DNA from: Octopus vulgaris
Lineage: Eukaryota
Direction: 5' to 3'
Assembly (NCBI GenBank): GCA_951406725.2
Contig: OX597819.1
Span: 72,540,001 to 72,604,000 of the forward strand
DNA length: 64,000 nucleotides
The notes below the pieces were generated by a model. The model was not told the DNA's origin. It made no database searches and saw only the letters and a list, made by a program, of their open reading frames with translations. This document shows, piece after piece, positions 21,790-36,337 of this stretch. The position numbers and the translations under genes are program-made. The number at the start of each line of letters is the position of its first letter. Position 1 is the first letter of the stretch.

Positions 21790-24700
21790 GGGAAAAGTAT
21801 ACTCAATAAATGAGAAAATCTCCAAGACAAAAACAGAAAAGAAAACAATTCTATGTAGATGTGTATCACTGGAAAGACACAACTTCAAGCAGATGCCTTG
21901 AAGCAAAGCTGAACTCTGTTTAAAGAAAAACGTATGGCTTAGCATTAGTTTTCTGGGTCATAACCATAAATTTGGATCTGTTAAAATTATTTTTCCACTT
22001 GGAAACCCAAGCAACAAAGCATTCTATTATTCTCCCCACAAAAATAGATTCCACATTGATACCAATTTATCTGGGACATAGGGCAGAGAGTGATTTGAGT
22101 AAAAGTCTCAAACATACCACCAGAACTAGATTTCTGGTGGTTGGGGAAATATGTGGTTCTAGAGAATACTAACCCTCTTCAAGAAATTAAAAGATTTTGC
22201 AAAGAAAATTGGGTTGGAATGAGAGTTGGAGAGTTCAATTCGAGTGAAACCTGGACAAAATTCCCAACCTAACAGAGATCCCAGGAGGGTAGCAACTGCA
22301 GGTGGAAATGGAAGAAAGATGGCCACAATGCTACGGCAGTGGAAACAAACCATCTAAAGGCTTTCTGCCCCCACCCCCAACAACAACAAACAATGACAGC
22401 TGAAAGGAAGCCTCCATTCATGCCAACACCACAACTTCAACAACCACATGTAACAGCATTATCAGTGATTGCAGCACCTGATACAAGACTAGAAATAGCA
22501 GCTGTAGCAACAACACCAAGAGTGAAAACAAAGGCAGCAAAAAAAAAAAACCCTAAAACTTCACCCACAAGAACCACCACATCATCAACAACATCAGTTA
22601 CTGAAATCCCCCAACAAAAAAGACCTCAAGACAATTACCCTCAAGACATGCTCCTCCCTGCTTGGGATCATTCAGATATTGTGTAGCAAAGGAGGTGGTG
22701 AAGAACCTAAATAGCAAAAAGTCTCCAATGCAAAGAAACAAAAATACACCAACAAAGAAACAAAGACTGGCAGATATGGTAGGCTACACACCTCAGTATA
22801 AACGAAAAAAAGATGTTAACTACACATCCAGAAAGGCAAGCAATAGAGAAATAATGGATCACATACACTAACATACACGTATCACTCATGATAACTACAT
22901 TGCACTAGCTACAAGCATTTCATCACACAAAAATCCTTACAGTATATAGACAACATTAAAGAAATAATTTTTTTAAATACCCAAAAGATGTAGGAAACTT
23001 CCAATGGAATATCAATAAAAGACTATACAAAAAGTTACAAGTGAAAATACCCACAGCCAGCCTGTGAGACGAAATATCTGTCCCTCCACAGAAATAAGAG
23101 AAGTGATCATTTCTCATCCACTTCTCTCTCTTATCGATCATGCTTATATTCAGACTAGGTGACATAAATGCACGTGGTCAGCTTGGAAGCAGGGTTAACA
23201 GTTCACTGATCTTGGATTACTAGATTTAGATGTAGTGGCCATCAATGAGACCAGAGTTTCCAATTTACAAGCTCTCATGCACATTTTCAATGGGTATGAA
23301 ATTTACTTATCCCCATGTCGACTGGGATTGGAAAGTGTAACTGTAGTTTTGTTCCAGAAGGGTTTTGATCTCATGATACAGACCATCTTCTTGGATCCAG
23401 AAGGTAAGTTGGTGGTCCAAGATATGAACAGTAGCAAAGGGGGTGCTTTCAGATTAGTAGTTATTTATGTTCCAGAAGAAGTGGGAAAGCTAAATTTCTT
23501 CAGGTGTCTGGAAGTTTTCCTATGAACGTTCCACTCATTAGTAATAGCAGATAACTGGAATGCCATCTTAGATGCACATTTAGGTTGATTGGAGTCAGTT
23601 GATAGGAAAGATGGTATAAAAGTTTTGCAGACCTGCTCAGACGTTTTCAACTGTCTGACAGGTACTAACTGGACTTCCCAAATGTGTGAATTTGGACATA
23701 GACAAATCGTATTGGAGTATCCAAATCATATCTAGATAGAGTATTCTGTAGGCCAGTAGAGGAGGATAGCATAGACTGTCCACATTTTCAAATTGCTGGC
23801 TGCACAGACCACAAATTTGTGATCTTCATGGTCAACCTAAATACACTTCCTAGGTTACTGGAAATTGAATGCATCGCTCATGGTGCACCAAGCTGCCAGA
23901 ACATGGATTAGCGAATTATTTAAGCAGGCATTGAGGGCAATTGTCAACAACAAATTGTGGTTCACCATTAATAAGGGTGATTAGAGTAGAGTTGGTTAAG
24001 TTTAGTAAGGTCATAATGATAGAGAAAAATAGAATAGAAGAAGACTTGGAAGCTTGGAAGAGTCTAAGGAAGGCAACACAACCGACATGTTCACGGCGAG
24101 ATTGGTCTGAGACTATTTCATCACGTGAAGTATGAAGGCTGCATTGTTAGTGCTTGGGCGTGGGCTCTAAAGCTCAAAGGGATGAAAGCCATTTTATGGG
24201 CCTGAGTGGTAGGGGCACAACATGGAAACAAAGCTACACTTTGGTTTTTGGCAGATCATAATCAGCACATGTTTCTTGATTTCACTCAACTGTTGAAGAT
24301 CATGGATAGTTTGAATGGTGATGCTCAAACATACACCATCCCAAGCATATCTATCCAAGACAACCTCCAGCTCATGTGATACATAATAGAGAGTATGGAT
24401 AAAGAACTTAGCATAGGGCCCTGATCAATTTAGATCACTCAAAAGATCTCAATTAAAAGTGATGTTTTTTTAGGGAAGACTCTAGGTGTTGACGAGAATT
24501 AACTGGCTGGTCTGTTCCAGAGGACTTTCAGGTCGAGCCTATGGATAATTTCCTGGAATCTCTTGCCTGGCTGTGCTACGGAGAAGCTGCCTGTTCGAGA
24601 TGAGCTCTACAGGCATGGAAATGCAGTCTGCTGTGCCTGCCTTAGATGCACGCAGAGCATTGAAACTGTACTTCACGTACTCATCCAGTGCCCAAGCATT

Positions 24701-25290
24701 AGACTTTTGGGTTTATGTCAAACACCTAATGTCACTTGTTGGATGGGTCTGGCTATCAGCTGAGTCCATTGTGAAGATTATCCCATTGCTTTTCTTTGGC
24801 TGGGAAGGACAGGTAGTATTTATCTATCTTAGCAAAAGAGATAGTGTGGTGGACCAGATTGAAATGATTGAGAGAAGACACCTTCTGTGGCCAAACTCTC
24901 ATCAACTTTTTCAAGTTTCACTTGAAAAAGAAAGTGAGGGCGAAGGGGAAAGTGCTGCCTTCCAGCAAATGAGTTGAAAGGTGGGTGAGGATGACAAGGA
25001 AGGTGAAAGTGAATGAGTCTGCTCTGAGCAGTGGCCTATAGATTGAGAGAAGAGGGTGAAAAGAAGGCACTCCCTCAAGCGGTCAGGACAACCGAGATTT
25101 TGTGGCGTTTCCATGAGAAGGCGTTGGAAGTCTCTCCCTTTGGGGAATTTTTTTTTGTTTCAATATATCTTCTATTGTTGTTATTTTTACTGCTTACATG
25201 CCTTCATGTTACCTTGCATCATATCACATCATACTGCAGTTGCATCGTCCTCTACCTCAATCTGTTTATAAAGCTTAGTGGTAAATGAAA
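21790..25290 (+). mobile_element. Decayed, internally deleted Tx1/L1-clade non-LTR retrotransposon
   Basis: Gag-knuckle remnant (QCYG..NHLKAFCP, ~22330). APE endonuclease (DVVAINETR, DPEGKLVV, NWNAILD, SYLDRV, DHK, GYWKLNAS; 23150-23880). RT scrap (IQDNL..LINLD, ~24350). C-terminal CLRC..ETVLHVLIQCP (24640-24695). Many stops and frameshifts. Confidence 0.85.
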
Positions 25291-25505
25291 AAATTATTAT
25301 AGTTTTTATCAATCCCGAAAGGATGAAAGACAGAATAGACCTCGGCGGTATTTGAACTCAGAACATAGCGGCAGACGAAATATCACTAAGCATTTCGCCC
25401 AGCCAGCTTGCCACCTTTTTAATAATAATAATGTTGTTGTTATCATCGTCGTCGTCGTCATCCCCGTCACCAAAATTGCTGCCCTTGTGGCAAAATTTGA
25501 AACTC

Positions 25506-25585
25506 ATTATTATTATTATTATTATTATTATCATTATTATCATTATTATTATTATTATTATCATTATTATTATCATTATTATTAT

Positions 25586-25629
<44 letters not shown>
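25506..25629. repeat. Compound (ATT/ATC)n-(AGT)n microsatellite
   Basis: Read directly; produces the spurious poly-I/S/Y/N/T ORFs. Confidence 0.95.
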
Positions 25630-25649
25630 AGGCTACGAGACGGTGGGAT

Positions 25650-25920
25650 CCTTGGAACGCTGGACAAGATACTTAGCGGTATTTCGTCTGCCGCTACGTT
25701 CTGAGTTCAAATTTCGCCGAGATCGACTTTGCCTTTCATCCTTTCGGGGTCGATTAAATAAGTACCAGTTACGCACTGGGGTCGATATAATCGACTTAAT
25801 CCCTTTGTCTGTCCTCTCTGTGTTTGACCCCTTGTAGGTAGTAAAGAAATAGGTATTTCGTCCGTCTTTACGTTCTGAGTTCAAAATCCCTCTGAGGTCG
25901 ACTCTGACTTTTATCCATTT
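25650..25920 (+). mobile_element. Well-preserved Nin/Deu-domain SINE plus a partial second unit
   Basis: GCCTTTCATCCTTTCGGGGTCGATTAAATAAGTACCAG domain intact, CpGs retained. An inverted copy lies at ~25300-25415. Confidence 0.85.
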
Positions 25921-26681
25921 GAGGAACTCAAGTGAAATAACTTTTTTTACCTCCGTAACTTCATCTTAGACACTAAGTTTTTTTAAGATGATAATTACGT
26001 ATATAACACGTATGTATATGATGCATATATTATACAAAACCACGTTAAATACAAATAACTAACACTGGGGGAAAAAAAAAAGCTTACAAACTTAATTTGG
26101 TTCCTGCTCAAAAATGCAAGTAGGAAACACTACCCAAAACTGGCGACATGACCACCACCGCTAAAAATAGTAGGAAAGGCACAAAGGTTAATGAAATCTT
26201 AGATATACGATGACCGAGAGATGGGATATTTACGGCTTCAACGCCTTTCATCATTAACCTGTTTGATCAAGCTTTGCCTTGGGCTAAACGAGCTCAGCGA
26301 CAGTTATCTTCATATAATGCTAAATTCCCTCAATGTTACTTGCACTTTCAACCCACTTCATCTTCTTTACTCCCACTCTCGCTTAACACCCTTCCCTTCT
26401 CTTTCTCTCTTATTCTCTCATACCCCTTCCATTTTCTCCTTCTCTCTCTTCATTTCTTTCTTTCTCTCGTCTTCTCTCTCTAACTGTTTCTCCCTCTCTC
26501 TCTTTCTCCATCTCTCTCTCTCTCCGCATTAACATCATCTCTCTCTCCTCCCCTACTTACCACCGAGATCTCACTAGTTATCCCCCCTTGTGTTAATTCT
26601 CTCCAGTTGAGAGAATAGAAGAAGCTCAATTCACTTTTAACTTGTCGCCTTAAACCAGACTGGATTTTTTTTTTCGTTGAA

Positions 26682-26936
26682 ATGGAGACATTGCTCATTT
26701 GGGGAATATTTGGCTTACTGTTAGGGATTCTACTTTCTATTTTCGCTCTCTTGGTCTACTCCGGTCTCTTCTATAATATCCAGATTACCACAGGGAGACC
26801 TCCTATCGGCGAAATTGTTGTTGCGTACAAATTCGCTCGTGGGCCCTACAAAGACGCGGGCCATTTATTCTGCGAAGTGGTACGACTGGCACCTTATAAG
26901 AAAACCATTGGCATTTACTATGACGATCCTAAACAA
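26682..26936 (+). CDS. TEX264: Testis-expressed protein 264 homolog (ER-phagy receptor, GyrI-like domain), first coding exon
   Basis: N-terminal hydrophobic anchor, then YSGL..I.TG.PPI....VAYKF..G.Y...G.LF.E......IGIYYDDPK, matching TEX264. GAAATGG start; donor CAA|GTAAAT, phase 0. Remaining exons not found in the window. Confidence 0.92.
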
Positions 26937-27093
26937 GTAAATAACCATTCTATTTATTCTTCTATTTCATAACGGCACGTTTGGTGCCATTGTTGGTGTT
27001 GTTGTTACTGCTGATAAATGACCTTTTCTTATAGTAACCCTCCAGTTTGAATTAAAAATAAAAAAGCAATTATATCGTTATTATGTGCGTGTG

Positions 27094-27146
<53 letters not shown>

Positions 27147-28439
27147 ACACATACACGCACAGAAGTTCTTGGTTAACAAGCGGAGTACTTCAATACATAA
27201 TATTGTGAATTATATTTGTACAATCCAGGCGATTCATTCCCTCATTACTCTAAGTTTCTCCTCCTCGCTCAATGCTGTCTTTCAGACGATAAGTGGGATT
27301 CGTTAAAATCACTAACATATATATATAGAGAGAGAGAGACAGAGAGGTGGGGTTAATCTATACAAGTGTACCCTCCCTACAGATTTTGTTTCCTCAATAA
27401 CTTAGAAAAATGAATATTTTAAAATTAAATTCTCTACAAGTACTTTTCTCTAGGTTTGGTATACACATATATGTGTGTGTGTGTGTGTGCGCGCGCGCGC
27501 GCATACATATATATATATATTATACATACATACACAGTCTCGCTATTATACTTTCGTTATGTCATTATAAATCGAAGAGGCTATTGTTTACAAAGAAGGG
27601 GTTTCCCTTTTTGCGACATCTGCCTCCCTTCATGTTCCTGCTGTCTTTATTTCGTAACCTGAATCGTTCCCACATCCTTTCCCCCCTCCCTCTATCTATC
27701 GTTAATTCTATTCAAATTGTGAAATAATCTTGTTGAATGTATTTTTAGCATCGCACTTGCTGTCAACCAAGAAGTCGGCTGTCAGTTGTACACTTTTGTG
27801 AAAACAAAATAGCTTAATTGTCTTAATCGATTTCAAGAGAAAATTCCCATACTGTCTGTCCTATTTTCGCTCTGTCTCCCAAATGAAGCTTGTTATATAC
27901 ATCCGTACATGTATATACAGAGGGTGCGCATACATTCACCCTTACATGTATAGTGTGTGTGTGTGTATGTATAGATATACATATATTTGAAAACTATGTA
28001 TATTTGCCCACAACGTCTAGCTGAAATCGATAATAGAATTATATATATATATATTCACGCACTTATATAGACAACATATATATATACATATTATTTATAC
28101 GTGTATGTGTGTGTAGATAAAGGAAAACATGCATACATACGTAAACGAAAGATGAAAACGAAGCCTCTGTTTATTATGAATATTGTGTATGTAAAGCTTA
28201 TTATATATTTTGGATCACTGAATCGCTTGTATCAATTCCTTCTTATAAATGGGTCCAATGCTCTACAACAACAACAATAATTGTTGTTATCGTCTTCATT
28301 CACTGACGTTGTCACTATCCTTGACATTCATATAATTGGCTGGAAGCACAATAAAAAAAATATATAACATTAGACGTAACAGTGATAGGGGTGTGACGTA
28401 TACACACAAACAAGCATATTAATATTAGACATACACACA

Positions 28440-28930
28440 CATATATATATATATATATATAATAATATATACATTATATATATAATATATATATTATATA
28501 TACAATATATATAATATATATATTATATATAAATATATATATATATATACACACATATATAATATATATATATATATACATATGATATATATATATATAC
28601 ATATGATATATATATATATACATATATAATATATATATACATATATAATATATATATACATATATAATATTATATATATATACATATATAATATTATATA
28701 TATATATATACATATATATTATATATATATACATATATAATATATATATATACATATATATATATATACATATATAATATATATATATATATACATATAT
28801 AATATATACATATATATTATATATATATATACATATATAATATTATATATATATATATATATACATATATAATATTATATATATATATTTATATATACAT
28901 ATATAATATTATATATATATATATATATAT
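28440..28930. repeat. ~490 bp imperfect (TA)n tract with recurring TACATATATAATA subunit
   Basis: Read directly. Confidence 0.95.
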
Positions 28931-29526
28931 TCACGTACATATGTTATGTGTGTGGGTGGGTGGGTCTGTGCGTGTGTGTCTATAAGCGCCGTTTCTTTGG
29001 AATTGTTCAGCTAAGAATTAATGAAAGACCATTCTTAAAATATATTTCAGAATTAGAAATTAAAAACCTAGTTATCAATGCCTTAAAACTCTTACTTAAA
29101 TCCACATTTTATATATATATATTTTTAATTAATAATTCATTTGAGACGAACCGTATATATCGGAGTCTATCATATTACTATTTCCTTTGTACAAGAAAGA
29201 AAGAGAGAGAGAGATAATGAAACAGAATTAATGTGTGTGTGTGTAAGTTGCAATAGGAACGGCTGTTGTTCTTAGAGAATGAAATGTCTAACCCAGTTCG
29301 GAAAAATGTATTGTTGAAATTCTGCAAATCTTCCCTTTGATTGCTTGTTCCTTTTCAGTGCGAAACCTCATCTCTTTTACTGCATACAAGTTCTTTGATC
29401 AACTGTGTGTGTGTGTATGTGTATGTCATAAATTATTACAATTGCTGTTACTGTGTGAAGATCGTTATTTTATTGATGTGATGAGGACTGGTTTTCACAA
29501 TCCAAGTTGTTTTACCACTCATTTAT

Positions 29527-29581
<55 letters not shown>

Positions 29582-31739
29582 GGTTTATTAATTACTTGTT
29601 AGTTCGGAGAAGAGGTAAGGACAGTTGCGTCAGTTGCATTTTAAAAATTCTCTTAGATTAGACACACACACACACACACACATCCTTTACCCGTAATCCT
29701 GTTTGGACGAAATGTTTTATTATGATTATGGATTAAATGTTTATTCACTCTTAGGCTTATCGTTGAGTTATTTATTTTAAGTACCCCCACAAAGGTTCTT
29801 TGAACTTGTTCCCACCTCACACCCGGAACATACACACACACACACACATTCGTACGCACACACACACACACATTCGTACGCACACAAACACACACTTTCG
29901 TACACACACACACACAAGTGCAGTGAACTTTGAATGTTTATAGCTATTTTATAGGTTATAGATTATTGGATTGGGAGTTAAGACATGAACGAGGTGGGCG
30001 TTTCGTAAGGATGCATTTGATGGAGGGGAGGAGGGCTGGGGCAATATGTTTATGACAAGGTTTGTCCTTTGGTAGTGTGGGGGTTCCGAGAAGAAATTGG
30101 ATTTTGCGTAATGCCATTAGGTTCAAAAGAGCAAAGGGTATTATTGTAGTAGTAAACAAAACCAGAGAGGTCACAGTTCGATTGTGAAGGGGTCGTTGTA
30201 GATAGTCTATAAAACAGACGATTTACAACAGATTTTTTGGGGCTTCCATCATACAGTTTGGTATATTCTAGACGAACCTCAAAGACTCTTCGTCTCATAT
30301 TTAAGTATTGGTGGATGGAGGGAATTGTGTATGTATGTTTGTATGTAAACATGTGTGTGTCTGTCTATAATGGTTGTTTTGTGATATACATGAGAGAAAA
30401 GATGTGTGACTGCATTCATTCTGTGTGGCTATAGACACTTGTATATGTGTGTAGGCAGCGACATGGCTGGGTGGTTAAGAAGCTCATTTTGCAACCGTGT
30501 GGTTTCAGGTTCAGTCCCACTGCGCAGTACTTTGCGCATTTTACTGCAGCTCCTGACTAACCAATGTCTCGCGAATGAATTTGGTTGATGAAAACTGTGT
30601 GGAAGCCTGTCGAATACATATGTGCGTGTTGATGTTTGTCTACCCCCACCACTTGACAAATGGTGTTGGGTTTGTTTAAGTCCCTGTAACTTAGCGGTTC
30701 AACGAAAAGAGAATGGTAGAATAAGTACCAAGTTTTAAAAATAAGTCCTGAGATCGATCTGTTCATCTAAACCCTTCAAGATGGTGCCCCACCATGGCCA
30801 CATCCGAACCACTAAAACAAGTAAATGATAAAGATCCACACCCAAATCTATTATTGAACATTTGTTTTTACACATTTAATACACATATTGAGAGTAACAC
30901 AATAACTATGAGATAAACGTATTGAACTGAGTAAAGCCTATTGTATACGCATGTGAGTGTGTCTGTATGTGGCGTGGCTTTCCTTCCTTTCCTGAGCGTC
31001 TGATAACACAGTACTTGTACTACGTCCTCGTGTTATTGTTTTTCCTTGTTTGTTCTTCTTTGTTTGGATGCACTACATATATATAGGTGCTGTGTGTGTG
31101 GTAAGAAGTTTGCTTCCCAAGCACATGGTCTAGGTTCAGTCCCACTGCATGGCACCTTGGGCAAGTGTCTTCTACTATAGCCTCAGGTCAACCAAAACCT
31201 TGTGAGAGGATTTGGTAGATGGAAATTTAAAGAAGCCTGTGACGTGTGTGTGTGTGTGTTTGTATTTGTCCTCCACCACTGCTTGATAACTAGTGTCGGG
31301 TTTTTTTTTACATCCCTGGAACTTGGCAGTTCAGCAAAAGTGACTGACAGAATAAGTACCAGGTTTTTAAAAAAAATAATTCTGGGATCGACTTGTTCGA
31401 CAAAAATTCTTCAAAGCAGTGTCCCAGCATAGCCACAGTCTAATGACAAGCAAGTAAAACAAAATATATATATATATATATAGTGAGAGAGAGACTGATG
31501 CAGTTATAGAGGCTCACATACAGGACTTCAAGTTTGTGTGAACAATTCTATGATCACTGCACTTCAAATCTTGTAACAGCTGAAGAAATGCTGTGGTCAT
31601 CTTAATGTTGATGCAGAAACTCTAAGTCCCATATATAAGTCTCTATAACTGTATCATTCAATGAATATAGTCTTCTATTTCGCAATATTGAAGTCTACCT
31701 TTTTTGTCTATCTATATATGTATGTGTGTGTGTATGTTT

Positions 31740-31980
31740 GTGTTTCCTTGTCTTGAAATCACATGGTATTTGTAAATGTCTCTGTCATACAGGCTGTGTT
31801 CATTCATCTCCAATATTCTGTGAAGTCATGTTTGACCATGGGCAAGTATTACCTTGCTTGGAAACAGGTAAGGGTTGGTGACTGGAAGAGCATCTGGTTA
31901 TAAAAAAATCTGCCTCAGTAACCTCAGTTCAACCCATGGTTGCACAGAAAGTGGACATTAAAACAATGATAATGATGATA
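31740..31980 (+). mobile_element. SINE-like family sharing the RTE 3' tail
   Basis: TATTACCTTGCTTGGAAACAGGT.AGGGTTGG...GAAAGTGGACATTAAAACAATGATAATG; other copies at ~42630-42850 (-), ~44380-44480 and ~61890-62085. Confidence 0.65.
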
Positions 31981-33718
31981 TATCATCATCATCATTTAAT
32001 GTCTGTTTTCCATGTTTGCATGGATGGACAATTTGACAGGAACTGGTATGCTGGAGAGCTGCACCAGGTTCCAGCTATCTGTTTTGGTATGGTTTCTATA
32101 GCTGGATGCCCTTCCTAATGTCAACCACTTTACAGAGTGTATTGAGTGCTATATATATGGCACCAGTACAGGTGCTGTTTACGTGGTGCCAGCACTGGTG
32201 CTTTATGATATTAACAGGATCAGTTTCCCAAGCAGACACAAACATTATAGACTCCATCCTTTCTCTTTATGATTTGTCTGTCAGTGTATTAAAATATTTA
32301 GTCTTGGAACAGAATGCTAAAACAATGGCTTTCAAAGAGCCTGAACAAACACAAACAGGTGAAAGAACTGTTGTTCACCTTGAATACCTGGCCATTGATA
32401 TAAATAGAATAATAAAACCAATGTATGACTGTTAAGATAGAACAACTCAAAGGAATGTGTCTGTATTTGCTCAGCTGATATTCCATTCCAATTGATGTAC
32501 AACATGCTAAAAGGAATTTTACCGATGTTTGTGGCCTAGTTTACCCAAAGATATCAAGACAAGTCTGAATTTATTGAGAAATTACAAATAATAGAAGCAG
32601 GCAGTAAGTAGTAAATTTAAAGTCTGTTTATCATTATTCTGTGTTGTAGAAAGTAGATTTTTCTTCAAACATGGAATCTGGGACATCTCTGCCATGTAAA
32701 TTATCCAAAAGCATTTAACTATAGAATTAATATTTGGAATTTTGGACTTCTCTCTTGAACTCAGCTTTTAATGCACTAATTTTTTTTTTCTTGACCATTT
32801 AGGGGATGCATCTAATATCCCTGTGTGTCTTTTAGACCATCAAATACTGTAATATTGCTTCTACCAATCCTGGGATTTATATCTTGTTATCTTTGGTGTT
32901 ATAGTTTTGATATTACCCCCTGTGGTGCTGAATCCACGACCCAATTTTAGTCCCCCAGTTGATGCCAGTTCATGTCGGATGTCATTCATGTCACCCTGAA
33001 GAAAAAAGCCTGTCACATTTTCTCCTTTCTTCTAAATATATATGGCTTTGTGTCTCAGATCATCATTATTGATAGTTGTAGAGGAATGAACAGTGGAAAT
33101 GGTAAAGTACAGGAGCAAATATCTTGTAATATTCTGTTACATCCCATGTAAAATAAACATCAGAGATGTTCTGCTCCATACAGAACCTGCAAAAGCTACT
33201 CAGTGGGGTTATTGCAAGCTCTTTTGATTTCAATGCCATGTTAAATGCTCTTCCATATTTGTCAGATGGTATCTCAGAGTCACAAGTATTTTGCTCCTTA
33301 GCCTGCACACTACACCCGAGTGAGGCAGTGAGGACTGAATTACCCTACAGAAGGATTCCATCTACAGCTTTTTGTCAGACACAGCCACCCTCTGATAGTT
33401 TCAGCTGCCATACCTATTTAATTCAAATTCAGTTCAGATCACCTTTGCTTTTTATCATTTGGGTAAAAGATACAGAAATCTTGTACATTCTGGAAAGTTT
33501 GGTTACGGAATTCTACTAATACAGAATTTGCAATGTATACTCTTTACTCTTTTGTTTCAGTCATTTGACTACAGCCATGCTGGAGCACCGCCTTTAGTCA
33601 AACTAATCAACCCCAGGACTTATTCTTTGTAAGCCTTGTACATATTCTATCAGTCTCTTTTGCCAAACTGCTAAGTTACGGTAGGGGAGACAACCACAGA
33701 CACAAATATATATGTATG

Positions 33719-33752
<34 letters not shown>

Positions 33753-34199
33753 CGACAGGCTTCTTTCAGTTTCCGTCTACCAAATCCATTCACAAGGCTT
33801 TGGTCAGCCCAAGGCTATAGTAGGAGACACTTGCCCAAGGTGCCATGCAGTGGGACTGAACCTGGAACCATGTAGTTGGGAAGCAAGCTTCTTACCACAC
33901 AGCCACTCCTGCATCCGGTCAATAATTTTCGGATACAGGCTGTATAGAAGTAGTTGTATTGTTTTTCTTTTTTGTTTGTTTTTCTGTAAAACACCCCTTG
34001 TGAACACATATCAGTTTATAACATGGATATCAACAGAAATTGGAAGTGTAGGTTTTTTTTTGTCAGAGAATTCTACATAGATTTCAAGACTACAAACCCT
34101 CTATAATGTCAGAGTTTTACTATCAGTTAAAGTGTTGGACTGGGAGCTGTGCTTTTAACTGATAAAATATGTGATGTTGAATCAAGCTTATTGGAGTTT

Positions 34200-35060
34200 G
34201 GTGGAGTGGATTGGTAGAATTGTGAGAGCATCAAACAAAAATTCTTTACAGCATTTTGTTATTTTGTTCCTGCTCTTTATGTTCTGATCTCAAACCTTGT
34301 CAAAGTCAGCTTCTCTTTTCATCTCTCTGGGCTCAATAAAATAAAGCACCAGTCAAATATTGAGTTCAATGTAATAAATGAAAAAGTTGCTGACCTTGTG
34401 CCTAAATTGGAAGCACAGAATCGTTAGCATGCCAGACAAACTGCATTGTGGCATTTCTTCTGGCTTTACATTCTGAGTTCAAATTCTGTTGAGGTCGAAT
34501 TTGCTTTTCATTCTTTCAGGGTCTGTGAAATACGAACCAGTTGAGCACTTGGGTTAGTGTAAACAACTAGCTTGTTTCCCAAGAATTGCAGGCCTTGTGC
34601 TTATAGCAGAAAGAATTATTATTATTACTATTATTATTATTATTATTATTATTATTATGAATGTTATTGTTGTAATTGTTATTATTATTATTAAGGTGGT
34701 GAGCTGGCAGAATCATTAACACGCCAGACAAAGTGCTTAGTGGCATTTTGTCCGTCCTTAGATTCCGAGTTCAAATTCTTCTGAGGTCATCTTTGCTTTC
34801 ATCCTTTTCCCCAAGCTGCCCTTGTGACAAAAATTTGAAAATTTAGTGTTATGGTAATGAGCTGATAGAATCATTAGAACAACAGACAAAATGCTCAGCA
34901 GTATTTCTTCTGATTCTTTATGCAGTGAGTTCAAATTCCACCAAGGTCTAGTTTGCCTTTCATCCTTACAAGATCAATAAAATAAAATACCAGTCATGTA
35001 TTGGGGTTGATATAATCAATGAAATCCCTTGTCCTAAAATTGCTGGCCTTGTGCCAAAAT
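34200..35060 (+). mobile_element. Tandem cluster of four degenerate Nin/Deu-domain SINEs
   Basis: Repeated AGAATC(G/A)TTA...GAGTTCAAATTC...TTTCATCC units. Confidence 0.75.
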
Positions 35061-35240
35061 CTGTTTTCCTTGCTGGCATGGGTTGGATGGTTTGACTGGA
35101 TTCCATGGGATGCTGGGCTGTGCCAGGCTCCAATTGTTTTATTTTGGCATGGTTTCTATAGCTGGATGCCCTCTTAATGCTAACCACTTTGTCGAATGTG
35201 CTGATTGGGAGTGTTTTTGAGGTGAGGGTAGGGGCTAAAG

Positions 35241-35583
35241 CAGTGGTCCTCAACTGGGGTCCATATGACCCATTTGGGGCCATATAAGATATTGGAGGGT
35301 CCGCACTAGCAAAATAGTAGATTGGGTCCACAAATAGTATTTCATAGGCCATGAAACAAATTTTCCTTTAGATGTATGTATTGTAAGAAACAGCCAGGTT
35401 TCATTCTCTAATGTTTTACACTGTTCAGCTTACACAAGTGAATGTTTGAAAAACAAAATAGGAATTTTGAAAGAAGCATCGATAAAATCTGTTTTTAAAC
35501 ATCAGATGGCTATGGGGCTCCACCAGAATAAAATTGGAATCAAAGGGGTCCATAGGTTAAAAAAAAAGGGTTGAAAACCCCTG
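35241..35583. mobile_element. hAT (Buster/Charlie-type) MITE
   Basis: TIRs CAGTGGTCCTCAAC / GTTGAAAACCCCTG. 8-bp TSD GGCTAAAG / GGCTAAAA with the central TA typical of Buster elements. Confidence 0.85.
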
Positions 35584-36049
35584 GGCTAAAAGCATGCTAG
35601 AAAGTCAAGCACAGATGTCTTGCTATAGAGATGATGCATGATTACCTCAGAGTACCTTTCAATCATTGGGCAGTATACTGTGCTTGAGAAGACCTGTTGA
35701 GTCAAGTGAAATCATTGTCGTGGCTGATGCCAGAACCGTGCTGGTGGCACCAAAAAAGTACCTTTTGAGCATGGTCGATGCCAGACCCACCGGATTGGCT
35801 CCCATGCCGGTGCACGTAAAAAGTACCATTCAAGCATGGTCGATGCCAGTCCCAGCTGACTGGCCCCCATTCTGGTGGTACATAAAAAACACCCACTACA
35901 CTCTCGGAGTGGTTGACATTAGGAAGAGCATCTAGCTGTAGAAAACTTACCAGATCAGATTGGAGCCTGATGCAGCCTTCTGGCTTGCCAGTCCTCAGTC
36001 AAACCATCCAACCCATCCCAGCATGGAAAGCGGATGTTAAACGATGACA

Positions 36050-36080
<31 letters not shown>

Positions 36081-36337
36081 GTAAGTGGAAAGAAGATGGA
36101 GATGGTGGAGACGAGGTGCCAGAGTGAAATTTCAAGGTACAAAATGGGGAACAAAAGAAAGGATGTAGACTGCAGGTTAGGAGAGGGTAATTCCATAAAT
36201 GTGTGAGAGGAGAGTGTTAAAGATGGGTGTAGCGGTAGCATTGAAGGTTAAAGATGGGCAGATAGGTCCTAGATATATTTCTGAAAATAAATAGGATGGT
36301 CAGAGCTGGAATATCTTTTGCTCATAAGCCTACTTAA

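Noticed and set aside
25352-25676. Poly-I/Y/N/S/T ORFs, and the many YIYI/CVCV/HTHT ORFs elsewhere
   Set aside because: Translations of microsatellites or antisense frames of TEs.
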